From positions 239,444,001-239,508,000 of the forward strand of contig CM059425.1 in assembly GCA_030390025.1 (NCBI GenBank): a DNA stretch of 64,000 nt, in the 5' to 3' direction. Both the position numbers and the translations under genes were made by a program. This document shows, in pieces, positions 50,644 through 60,849 of the stretch (the stretch's first letter is position 1; each line of letters starts with the position of its first letter). This stretch comes from Squalus acanthias (taxonomy: Eukaryota). Below the pieces are notes generated by a model. It searched no databases. It had not been told where the DNA came from and saw only the letters and a program-made list of their open reading frames with translations.

Positions 50644-50680
50644 TCACCTGACGAAGGAGCAGCGCTCCGAAAGCTTGTGA
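50644..50680 (+). ncRNA. Minimal type I hammerhead ribozyme motif (family A)
   Basis: TCAC-CTGACGA-A-GGAGC-AGC-GCTCC-GAAA-GCTT-GTGA. Confidence 0.7.
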
Positions 50681-50768
50681 TTTCAAATAAAGCTGTTGGA
50701 CTATAACCTGGTGTTGTGCGACTTCTCACTTTTGTCCACCCCAGTCCAACACCGGCATCTCCGCATCA
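50645..50768 (+). mobile_element. 124-bp solo Penelope pLTR (family A) beginning at a hammerhead motif
   Basis: Homologous to 20794-20918; 13-bp TSD caactttacactt at 50632-50644 and 50769-50781. Confidence 0.85.
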
Positions 50769-50954
50769 CAACTTTACACTTGGCCAAGTTCCACCCACTT
50801 ACATATTTTGTGGTGGAGAGGAAAGGGTGGAAGGGAGGAACTATATGCTGTATTCTCAGGTCTCTCAGAAACATCCCAAAGCATTGCACAAATAATGAAT
50901 TCCTAGTTTGGGTGTCATCTACAGATTTGCATTCAGCTTCTGAAACCAAGAAGG

Positions 50955-51165
50955 AATTTGCATTTATATAGCACCTTTCATATCTTCAGGAAGTCCCAGA
51001 CCATTTTACAGCCAATGCATTACTTTTGAAGTGTAGTCACTATTGTTGTTATGCAGGCAAACAGCAGGCAATTTACACACAGCAAGATCCCACAAACAGC
51101 AATGAGATAAATGGCCAGTTACTCTGTTCTGGTTGAGGGATAAATGTTAGGCAGCATACCAGGTC
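50955..51165 (-). mobile_element. Deu-SINE 3' half
   Basis: Matches the tail of the 59041 copy. Confidence 0.7.
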
Positions 51166-51638
51166 ATGAATGTGATTTAGAAACAGTGGGGGGTCCCAGC
51201 ACTAATCGCTGGGGTCCCTATAATAGCATTCCCTTGCTCTGGCATAACCCCCTTCAACAAGTTGCTTCTTACCCTTCAGACAATTTCTCATCCATTTCTA
51301 GGTTTTACTTTTAATTAAAAACAGTGGAGTTAAGCCATAAAAACAAGGAAGGTTCGCAGTTCTTCAGGTATTATAAAACCGTACACTTCTGAATGAATGG
51401 AAGATCCACTAATATTTTTTAAATAATACAGGATATGTACAAAGATGGTGAAAATATTAGGAGTGAATTTTATGATCCAAGAGACTGGTTTTAAATTAAT
51501 GTAAACATATAACGAGTGAGGTAGGTTAAAACAAATATCTTAGCAAATTAAGTGAAATTTGACAATGGGGGAAAAAAATCACAAGACTTTTGATTCTGCG
51601 TTAACGTTTGCTAAATCAAAAGCGGCAAATAAACTCAC

Positions 51639-51750
51639 TTGTATCTTTCAGTTAAAATTGATGAAAACAAACTCAATTACGTTTCCAGTCCACTCTTCCA
51701 CACAAAAAATGTCAACCAAGCGCGAAGGCCGGCCGTCAGCGAGGTGTACG
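51639..51750 (-). other. PRIMPOL: Probable non-coding exon 1 of PRIMPOL (5' end approximate)
   Basis: CAA|gtgagt donor at 51639/51638 at the edge of the CpG island; the start-codon exon has an acceptor 3 nt before ATG, so an upstream exon is required. Confidence 0.5.
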
Positions 51751-51751
51751 A

Positions 51752-51764
51752 TGGGAGTTGTAGT
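51752..51764 (-). promoter_or_regulatory. ZNF143(STAF)/THAP11(Ronin)-type motif ACTACAACTCCCA
   Basis: Exact match to ACTACAnnTCCCA, a motif enriched at vertebrate bidirectional promoters. Confidence 0.75.
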
Positions 51765-51847
51765 TCCGCTAAGAAGCCTTTATTTCCAGGGTGAGAGGAG
51801 GCAGCCAGAACCACAGCACCGACTGACAACCGCCGCCTCGTGCATTT

Positions 51848-52021
51848 GCGCACCGGGCGAAGTTTCCGCACAGTGGCACGCGCCTGCGCAGTTGCGCACC
51901 GGGCGAAGTTTCCTAGCTCTGGCACGCGCCTGCGCAGTTGCGCACCGGGCGAAGTTTCCTAGCTCTGGCAGGCGCCTGCGCAGTTGCGCACCGGGCGAAG
52001 TTTCCTAGCTCTGGCACGCGC
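51848..52021 (+). repeat. 46-bp minisatellite x ~3.8, complete units containing an NRF1-like GCGCCTGCGCA site
   Basis: Units start at 51848, 51894, 51940, 51986 (gcgcaccgggcgaagtttcctagctctggcacgcgcctgcgcagtt). Confidence 0.92.
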
Positions 52022-52029
52022 GCGCGCTC

Positions 52030-52125
52030 GGAGGAGGCGACGGTTGGTTTTGTCACAAAGGAACGACGTCATTATAGGTTGAGAGTGAGGAAAAGAGGAA
52101 AAAGTTGTCGAGCGGAGCGAGTGAG
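52030..52125 (+). other. CASP3: Probable non-coding exon 1 of CASP3 (5' end approximate)
   Basis: Strong GAG|gtgagt donor at 52125/52126 inside the CpG island. Confidence 0.55.
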
Positions 52126-53151
52126 GTGAGTTGGTGCTGCTAGACGGCGATATAGCTGGTGTTACAGGTGGTTGGATCTTTAGAAGGTGGGTTGGATGGT
52201 TGATTTGCTCCAGCAATAAAATTTGCGAGCTGGCGCGCAGTGTGAACCTTTACCTCGGTCACTGGCGTCTCTCCCCCGCGCCCCCCGCTCTTTAACGCCG
52301 CCGGTGTGTGCGGCGTTTTTTGTCCTTTTAATTTTTTATCCCCCCCCCTAGAAATTGGTGCCGAAACCCCGGGATGGCTGATTCCCCCCCACAAACTCTA
52401 CTCGCTCGGCAGCCTCCTGTTCCCCAGTCTGTTGTTGCCCTTTTTAGCCGAAGGGGCACTTTCGCTGATTTGGTTAAAAACAAAACACGGGCTGGTTTCC
52501 GTCGTGAGGTTTGCAGTGCATAAAAGTTTCAAGTTGTTAGAATGGTTCCTAATAGGGTTTGTGAAAGGGGCAGATCATCAGGTGGGAGTTAGCAAATTCA
52601 GTATTCATCTACCTGTTTTACATTCATGTGTGTGGGGTTTTTTTCTTTAAAAGTTTCCCCAAATTCGAGGAAGTTAAAAGCTGTCCGCAGGAAGGTTTGT
52701 GTTGATTAAAATTTGCACCAAGTGTCGATCCGGGAAAAGGTTCTCGGTTCGAGTTCCTGTAAAGTGCTTTTTTTTACCTGTCTGTCGGTGTCTGCGCTTG
52801 TTCAAGACGAAACTAAAACCGCGACGTGTGCTTACAAAAAAAAAATCAAGGAAATCCGGCTTATTGGGACTTTAAAATGTGTGATTTAAAAAATGAAATT
52901 ATACTTTCAAGACTTTTATGGAGTTGTTTTGATTGCACGGTGCACTTGTTTTAATCGTAGACATGACCAATCATTTTGTATTGAGAAGTTGCTGGAATTA
53001 GCATACGTTTTGTGCTTGCCCTGTCTTGGTACTATTTTGTCTGGATTAATAAAAGTGGCATCACCACTGGCACAAGTGACCTTTTTTTTTCCCCTCCCAG
53101 GAAGAAGGCACCACTAATGTGAACTGAGCAGCCCCGACAAACTAGAAGTGC

Positions 53152-53370
53152 AATAAAAACAGAAAATGCTGGAAATACTCAGCAGGTCAGACAGCATCTG
53201 TTGGGAGAGAAAGAGAGTTAACATTTCAGGTCGATGACGGTTCTGACGAAAGGGCATCGACCTGAAACGTTAACTCTTTCTCTCTCCAAAGATGCTGCTT
53301 GACCTGCTGAGTATTTCCAGCATTTTCTGTGTTTATTTCAAATTTCCAGCATCTGAAGTATTTTGCTTTT
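53152..53370 (+). mobile_element. Miniature inverted-pLTR Penelope derivative (family B) with hammerhead motif at 53239-53275
   Basis: Imperfect arms about 53152-53237 and 53254-53337 plus an unpaired tail of about 33 nt; GGTT-CTGACGA-A-AGGGC-ATC-GACCT-GAAA-CGTT-AACT. Confidence 0.8.
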
Positions 53371-53959
53371 TTTCCATGTACGTAGTGTAAAATTACGATT
53401 TGGTTTTCATTGGGTGGGTAGTGCCCTGTGGTGCCCACCAGTCATGCAGAGTTCTAAAAATGGATTTCTGGTACTTAAAGTACATATTTCCTACTGCAGG
53501 ATAAGGACATTGTGGAAGTGCCAGTTGATTCAAATATTTGCAAGGCAGCACAAAATGAAAAACACTGATGTGAAAGACTTCTCATCAGAAAAGAGCATAT
53601 TGAGAGTATAAGAGCTCATGATGCATTAGACAAGTATGATACAGCTAGTGCAATTCTGTCAAACTGATTCATATGCATTCATGAACATGAACACTGATGA
53701 AGTAATTCCCCATGTGGCCCTGAGAAAGTGAGGTTACCTCATCCTTATTGATGGATGAGGTAAAGCTGAACTGGATGATTAGAACTAAACGCTCCCTAGA
53801 CTCTAGATTTGATACATTCTTTTATTGTTGCAGTTAATAAATTGAATATTTATTCTGGTTAATGAGTTCAGTTTATTTTATTTAAAATAATCGTTAAATT
53901 CTGTTATAATAAAATAATTTTAGGTGCAGTGAATTACTGTTTCAGTTCAGATTAGTGTG

Positions 53960-55500
53960 TGTTAAGGAGGGTCTTAAAGGAGGACAGGGAGGTGGAAGGG
54001 TTTATGGAGGGAATTTCAGAGCATAGGTCCTATGTGATTGAAGGCATGAGTAATAGTCATAACGGCACAGAAGGAGGCCATTCAGCCCATCGGGTCCGTG
54101 CCCGCTCTCTGTAGAGCAATCCAGTCAGTCCCATTCCCCCTGCTCTATCCCTGTAGCCCTGCAAGTTTATTTCCCTCCAGTGCCTATCCAGCCCCCCCCC
54201 CTTGAAAACATTGAGTGTCTCCGCTTCCACCACTTCCATCGGCAGCGAGTTCCAGGTCCTCACCACTCGCTGTGTAAAAAGGTTTTTCCTCACATCCCAC
54301 CCCCCCCCCTTATCTCTTGCCCAAAACCTTAAATCTGTGTCCCCTAGTCCTTGTACCGTCAACTAGTGGGAACAGCTTTTCCCCGTCTAGCCTATCCAAA
54401 CCCATCATAATCTTGTACATCTCTATCAAATCACCCCTCAATCACCTTTGCTCTAATGAAAACAAATCCAGCTTCTCCAACCTGTCCTTGTAACTAAAAT
54501 CCCCCATCCCCGGAACCATTCTGGTAAATCTCCTCTGCACCCGCTCAAAAGCCTTCACATCCTTCCTAAAATGTGGTGACCAGAACCATGACTTCTAATG
54601 CTGGGACAAAAGGAGGGGGGGGTTGCACAAGAGGCCAGAATTGGAGCAACGGAGCGTTTGGCGAGGGTTTTAATGCTGGAGAAGGTTAGAGAAAGGGTGG
54701 GGAGAGGCCATGGTGGGATTAATATGCAAGTGTGAGAATTTTAAATTTGAGGCCTTGAAGGGTCAGCGAAGACAAGATTGATGGGTGAGCGGGACTTGGT
54801 ATAGGATAGATACGAGTAACAGAGTTTTGGATGCGTTGAAGTTGACTGAGCATGGGAGATGTCAGAGGCCAGCAAGAAGAGCATTGGAATAGCCCAAGTC
54901 TGGAGATAACAACATGGATGAGGGTTTCAGCAGCAGGTGGGTGGAGGCAGGTGATATTGTGGAGGTGGAGTAGGTGGATTTTGTGGTGGAGAGGGTATGG
55001 GGAAGGATAGGATATGGGGTAGGATAGGGTGCCATGGTTGCCAGCAGTCTGGTTCAGCTTGAGACAATGGCTGGAAAAGGGAGGTGGAGTTGGTGGCTCA
55101 GGTGAAGACAATGGCTTTGACCTTCCTAGTGTTTAGCTGAAGGAAATTGCGGCTCATCTAAGACTGGTGTTGGACAAGTAGTCTGACAGCGCAGAGGTAG
55201 TCGAAGGGTCGATGGAGGTGGGGGAGAGATAGATCTGGGTGAAATCAGTGTACATGTGGAATCTGACTCCATGTTTATGGATGATAAGATGCATGTAGAA
55301 GAGGAAGGTGCCAAGGATGGATCCATGGCAGACTCCTCAGGTGACGGTGTGGCGATGGGAAGAGAATCCACTGGTGGAGTTGCTCTGACTATGATTGGAA
55401 AGGTAAGAGTGGAATCAAGTGAGAGCAATCCCATTGAGCTGAACAACTGAGGAGAAGCATTGGAGGAGAATTGTGTGCTTGATTCAGTCAAAGGCTGCAA
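53960..55500 (-). mobile_element. L2 LINE fragment interrupted by a CR1 3' fragment (about 54055-54588, minus)
   Basis: AETLIHVVISRL and LQRIQNSV L2 segments; the nested CR1 matches 32270-32790 in reverse. Confidence 0.75.
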
Positions 55501-56672
55501 TGAGGATGGCAAAGGTTTCAAACTTAAGTGAGTCCTGTACCAATGAATCTGAAAGCAGATATGGTCAGAGAAGTCTGTGAAGAGCAAGCATTCCCATGTT
55601 TTTGAGTCTTTTTCGTATGTTACCTCAACTAAGTTCCCTACCACAGGGCACATTGTATCCAACTTCAGCGCATAAACCTGGATAATTCTGTTATCTGTGG
55701 CTATGGGGAAACGGCTAATGCCGCCACCTTCCCATTTGTGCCACTAGGGAGCATGTGTGTGTTGCAAAGGGATTGATTGAAAAATCTGCAGTTCAAAAAA
55801 AATTAAAAACTCTGGAAATCAAAGTACTGTACTATGATTCATTAATTCATTCAAATTACAATTTTTTCACACAAGATTGAAATTTGAATTTTCAAGAAGT
55901 ATTTTACAAAAATTAAGTTCGAGTCATGAAGTAAAAATTGCTTTTAATTTTAAGATGCAACTTGGGTTCCACTTTTGATTTCCAAATTATTTCCATTATC
56001 TTGAGTAAATGAGCTGGGATTTCCATTTTTTTTTTTCTGTTAGACTTGGTTCAAAAGACAGAATTGCATTGATCACATTATTGAATCCCAGTCGGCCAAA
56101 AGTGCACCGTATTGTTTCTTTGAAAATGCAGCAATGAAAACCACTTCCACGTACTACATTGATCAATGAATATTGGTGCAAAGTAAGCTGTCATTTGCCA
56201 TCTAATCCATTACAGTGCCACCTAACTTATTTTTTGTTCATTTGTGGCCACTTTTACTGATAGCTTTATTTATTTTTTATTTCCAGATTTCTTTTTAAAC
56301 TGAACTCATTCTCAAACTGCCACGGTGAGATTGCTAGTCCAATAACATAACCGCACTACCGTACCCTTCTGCAACTTCCTTCAGCCTTGTGCATCAGGCT
56401 GCACCCTCTGCTCTTCCAATTCTGGCATACTGATCAAGTGTGTCAATGTCTATATGTCCCGATAGCACCAATCTTCAAACCCTTCAAGCTGTTTTTGATC
56501 ATGCCTTTAGTCACCTCCCCAAACTTCTCCCTAATGCTGTTCAGGGTTACTTTTTTCAAGCCGTGCGATATTTTCTACATACAAGTACATGTTGAGGATT
56601 TCTCTTTGAGGGCAGATTACTAATTTATGAATATGGAATAACGTAGCGTATTTTTATTTGCTTGCAGTAGCA

Positions 56673-56740
56673 ATGGCCGATAAGGGAGCAATGTCTGGAG
56701 GTGATGCTGTTGATGCAAAGTCCAGCACAATCTATGAAGG
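56673..56740 (+). CDS. CASP3: Caspase-3 first coding exon (MADKGAMSGGDAVDAKSSTIYEG); rest of gene beyond the window
   Basis: Pyrimidine tract + cagtag acceptor, gcaATGG Kozak, phase-2 gtgaga donor; AVDAKS aligns with human caspase-3 SVDSKS; head-to-head with PRIMPOL as in human. Confidence 0.75.
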
Positions 56741-57001
56741 GTGAGATGAATTTATTGTCTCTTTTTTAAACATATGCCATACTATTTTAGATGCTTAAGA
56801 GTTCTTATGCAATTTGTAGTTTTCACACTATCACGACTATTTTATCGTAGATTTATTTAAAAATATTTAGCATAGAACTGACAATAGATTATATAGTAGT
56901 CTGCTTTCATTTTAACTCTGTCTAACTGTAATTATAGATTTGCATTCAATATCCATAATGCTCATTACAACTTTCATTAGTAATATGAATGTGCTTTTGT
57001 T

Positions 57002-57041
57002 ATCACGTAATGTATTTGAATCACGTAATGTATTTGAATCA
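57002..57041 (+). repeat. 18-bp tandem duplication x2.2
   Basis: atcacgtaatgtatttga repeated. Confidence 0.85.
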
Positions 57042-57401
57042 TTTTCACATCAAGGTAGGAATTAAGATCTTGAGAAAGGCTGAATGTGTTCATAATTTAC
57101 ATTGAGCCCTGATCTGAGCCTTGGTCTTTGAATAGTAGTCAGCAGACACGTGCAAACTTTTTTCCCTTCATGGCAATTCACTTACCACCAACTATACGTA
57201 AACAAATGCAATACAAAACACTGAATTTACGAAATGCATTATTGAAGACAATGCTTTAGCCACTCATTTAAATTAACTAAAAGAATCTGTTTTTTGGGGA
57301 TTCCATAATCAACAGAATAGATGAATACTTTTCCAGCTGCAGCAAAGGAGTCCCAAATGGTGTTTTGACTCTCCGTGCCAGGGTACGGCATATAATGGCG
57401 T

Positions 57402-57542
57402 CAGTATTCCCTGTAACTTTTTGTTTTGGGCTGCGCGGCCCATTCAAAATTCTGTGCACACGCATTTTTTTTTTAACCTAAAAGCCATCTCACCGGCTGC
57501 GAGGGACCCCTGGAGTGCCGCGCAGCTGAAAAGGGAACACTG
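57402..57542. mobile_element. hAT-type MITE, 141 bp
   Basis: TIRs cagtattccct / agggaacactg; 8-bp TSD aatggcgt / aatgccgt (7 of 8 match). Confidence 0.75.
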
Positions 57543-57749
57543 AATGCCGTAGGTAGAAAAGATTTTGGAGAAAGAAGGGGATCCGTCAGAAGTCGCAGTT
57601 CATGTTGGAATCAACGACATTGGAAGGATTAGAATTGAGCTTCAAAAGGAGATGCAAGGAAGGAGGCAGCGCTGGATCTAGTTTAAGGAAAGTAAGTGGG
57701 GCAAGTAGGTAATGTAAGGGAACATCTAGGTGATAATGACCATAATATA

Positions 57750-57855
57750 AAATAAAAACAGAAAATGCTGGAAATACTCAGCAGGTCAGGCAGCATCTGT
57801 GGAGAAGGGAAAAACCAGAGTTAATGTTTCAGGTTGATGACCTTTCGTCAGAATT
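57750..57855 (-). mobile_element. Penelope family-B pLTR with a mutated hammerhead motif
   Basis: Matches 40890-40990; CTGACGA-A-AGGTCATCAACCT-GAAA-CATT. Confidence 0.75.
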
Positions 57856-58109
57856 TTGAATGGGCCGCGCAGCCCAAAAAAAAAAATTATAGGGAACATT
57901 GATGCTATTATATGCCTTACCCTGGCACTGACCGTCAAAACACCATTTGGGACTCCTCTGCTGCAGTTCTGACGAAATGTCGGGGCACATAAGAAAAGGA
58001 TTTTGTAAACTTAATAATTTTTTTTTTAAGTGAAAAGTTTAGGGCCAATTGAAGATGAAAAGGAAAACCTCATGGAAGATGAAGGAATGTTGGAGAACCA
58101 AATGAGTAC

Positions 58110-58700
58110 TTTTTTATTCGTTTATGGGATGTGGACATCGCTGGCAAGGCCAGCATTTATTGCCCATCCCTAATTGCCCTCGAGAAGGTGGTGGTGAGCC
58201 GCCTTCTTGAACAGCTGCAGTCTGTGTGGTGAAGGTACTCTCACAGTGCTGTTAGGTAGAGAGTTTCAGGATTTTGAGCCAGCGACGATGAAGGATCGGC
58301 GATATACTTCTAAGTCAGGATGGTGTGTGACTTGGAGGGGAACTTTGAGGTGGTGGTGTTCCCATGCACCTGCTGCCCTTGTCCTTCTAGGTGGTAGAAG
58401 TCACCGGGTTTGGGAGGTGCTGCCGAAGAAGCCTTGGTGAGTTGCTGCAGTGCATCTTGTAGATGGTACACACTGCAGCCACGGTACGCCGGTGGTGGAG
58501 GGAGTGAATGTTTAAGGTGGTGGATGGGGTGCCAATCACGCGGGCTGCTTTGTCCTGGATGGTGTTGAGGTTCTTGATTGTTGGAGCTGCACTCATCCAG
58601 GCAAGTGGAGAGTATTCCATCACACTCCTTAGTTGTACCTTGTTGATGGTGGAATGGCTTTGGGGAGTTAGGAGGTGAGACACTATCCAACATCTGGGGT
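58110..58700 (-). mobile_element. CR1-group LINE 3' fragment, same family as 46625
   Basis: ORF 58387..58740 RSVMEYSPLAWMSAAP; tail gggcaataaatgctggcc. Confidence 0.85.
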
Positions 58701-59040
58701 ATTCCCTTGGTTTTCTCAATTGTTGAATGAAAGGGTACAAGATTAGAGGTGGGACAATTAGATAGGATGACTATAGATAACAAAGTAGCACTGAAAAATG
58801 TAATAGAACTCAAAGTGGAAAAGACATCAGGCATGTAGCCTAGAATGCTAAGGAAGTTAGGAAATAGCAGAGGCTTTGAACACAATCTTTCAAACCTCCT
58901 TGTTGTGCCAGAGGAGAAAGGGATGAATTGGGTAAATATAGACCAGTCATCTTAACATCAGTAGTCTGGAAGCTTCTAGAGTCTATAACATAGGATAAAG
59001 TTAATACACACTTAAAAAGCCATGGGCCAATTAAAAATAA

Positions 59041-59497
59041 AGAAAGACTAGTATTTATATAGCGCCTTTCACGACCACCGGATGTCTCCAAGCGCTTTAC
59101 AGCCAATGAAGTTCTTTTTGAAGTGCAGTCACTGTTGTAATGTGGGAAACGCAGCAGCCAATTTACGCACAGCAAGCTCCCACAAACAGCAATGTGATGA
59201 TGACCAGATAATCCGGTTTTGTTACGTTGATTGAGGGATAAATATTGGCCAGAACATCGAGGATAACTCCCCTGCTCCTCTTCGAAATAGTGCCATGGGA
59301 TCTTTTACGTCCACTTGAGAGAGCAGACGGGGCCAGGGCCTCAGTTTAACGTCTCGTCTGAAAGATGGCACCTCAAACAGTGCAGTACTGCACTGGAGTG
59401 TCAGGCTAGATTTATGTGCTCAAGTCCCTGGATTGGGACTTGAACCCATAACCTTCTGACTCCGAGGCGAGTGTGCTACCCATTGCGCCACAGCTGA
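59041..59497 (-). mobile_element. Near full-length tRNA-derived Deu-domain SINE (SacSINE1/AmnSINE1-related)
   Basis: Pol III A box (tggcgcaatgggtag) and B box (ggttcaagtcc), Deu core gacgtaaaagatcccatggcactatttcgaag, L2-like tail. Confidence 0.85.
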
Positions 59498-59929
59498 TAA
59501 TGCCAGCACATTTTGTAAAAGGAAAGTTTGAGAGATTCTCTGTAGGGACTCCCACGCTATTTTGGGAAACGGTTGCCATCGTCCACACCAACCCAAATCA
59601 GGTGTAGGCCATTCAAACCCTCGAGCCTGTTTCACCATTCTGTTAGATCATGGCTTATCTATATCTCAACTCCGTTTACCTGCCTTTGATCCATATCCTT
59701 TGATATCTTTACCTAACAAAATCTATCGATCTCGGTCTTGAAAATTTCAAATGATCCAGCAGCCACACCCTTTTGTGTAAAAGTGCTTCTTGATTTCACT
59801 CTCAAATCGCTTAGCTCCTAAACTTGTAGGGCTACGGGGATAGAGCGGGGGAATGGGACTGACTGGATTGCTCTGCAGAGAGCCGGCACGGACTCAATGG
59901 GCTGAATGGCCTCCTTCTGTGCCCTTATT

Positions 59930-60815
59930 TAAGTTTAAAATGCTAGTCTTGGACCCACTCTTTTCTCTCTCTCAAACTGAATGTAAAATTCAATCATATG
60001 ATCGCTGCTACCTAGGGGTGCCTTCACAATGAGGGCATTAATTAATCCTATCTTGTGGCACAATACCAGGTCTAGTATAGCCTGCTCTCTGGTTGGCTCC
60101 AGAATGTGCTGTTGTAAGAAACTATCCTGAAAACATTCCATGAACTCCTCATCTATGCTACCTTTGCCCATCTGATTTTTCCAGTCTATATGCAGATTAA
60201 AATCCCCCATGATTATTGCCGTACCCTTCTGACATGCTCCCATTATTTCTTCCTTTATACTCCATCCCACCATGTGGTTACTGTTAGGGGGCCTGTACAC
60301 CACTCCCACAAGTGACTTCTTGCCTTTATTAGTTCTCATCTCTACCCAAACCGCTTCTACATCCTGGTTTCCTGAACTTAGGTCATCCCTCTCTATTGTG
60401 CTAATAACATCATTAATTAACAGAGCCACCCATCCACCTTTTCCCACCTTCCTGTCCTTCCTAAATGTCATGTACCCTTCAATATTCAGGTCCCAATCTA
60501 TGTCGTCCTGCAGCCATGTTTCTGTAATGGCTATCAGATCATATTTATTTATTTCTATTTGTGCTATCAGTTCATCTGTTTTGTTTCGAATGCTATGTGC
60601 ATTCAGATGCAGAGCCTTTAGTTTTGTCCTTTTATTATTTTTGTAACCTGTAGCCTTATCTGTTGATTTACTCTTAGATTTGTACACTCTATCTCTTCCT
60701 GTCACGGTCTGTTTATCATTTCCCATATTAATACCTTTCTCTATTGCCTTGTCTCTAATCTTTGAATTACCACATCTTCCCAAATTTGATCCCATGCCCC
60801 CAATATTTAGTTTAA
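59930..60815 (-). mobile_element. CR1 ORF2 apurinic endonuclease fragment
   Basis: ORF 59935..60795 has NAHSI, IAITETWL, GVVYRPPN, MGDFN, ILDLV and SSDH motifs. Confidence 0.9.
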
Positions 60816-60849
60816 GAGTCTAATTAGACTTGATCCACAACATAATATA

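Larger units (their letters stand above)
51700..52130. promoter_or_regulatory. CpG-rich bidirectional promoter shared by PRIMPOL (-) and CASP3 (+)
   Basis: CpG-dense non-TE stretch flanked by outward-facing consensus donors (51638 minus, 52126 plus); head-to-head arrangement known in human. Confidence 0.8.

Noticed and set aside
51848-52021. CRISPR-like repeat array
   Set aside because: Units are contiguous with no unique spacers, no cas genes, vertebrate context; it is a minisatellite
51559-52650. Several 60-150 aa ORFs over the promoter
   Set aside because: Expected in GC-rich, repeat-containing sequence; repetitive translation, no domain
59420-59497. Possible tRNA gene
   Set aside because: It is the tRNA-derived head of a SINE, continuous with the SINE body
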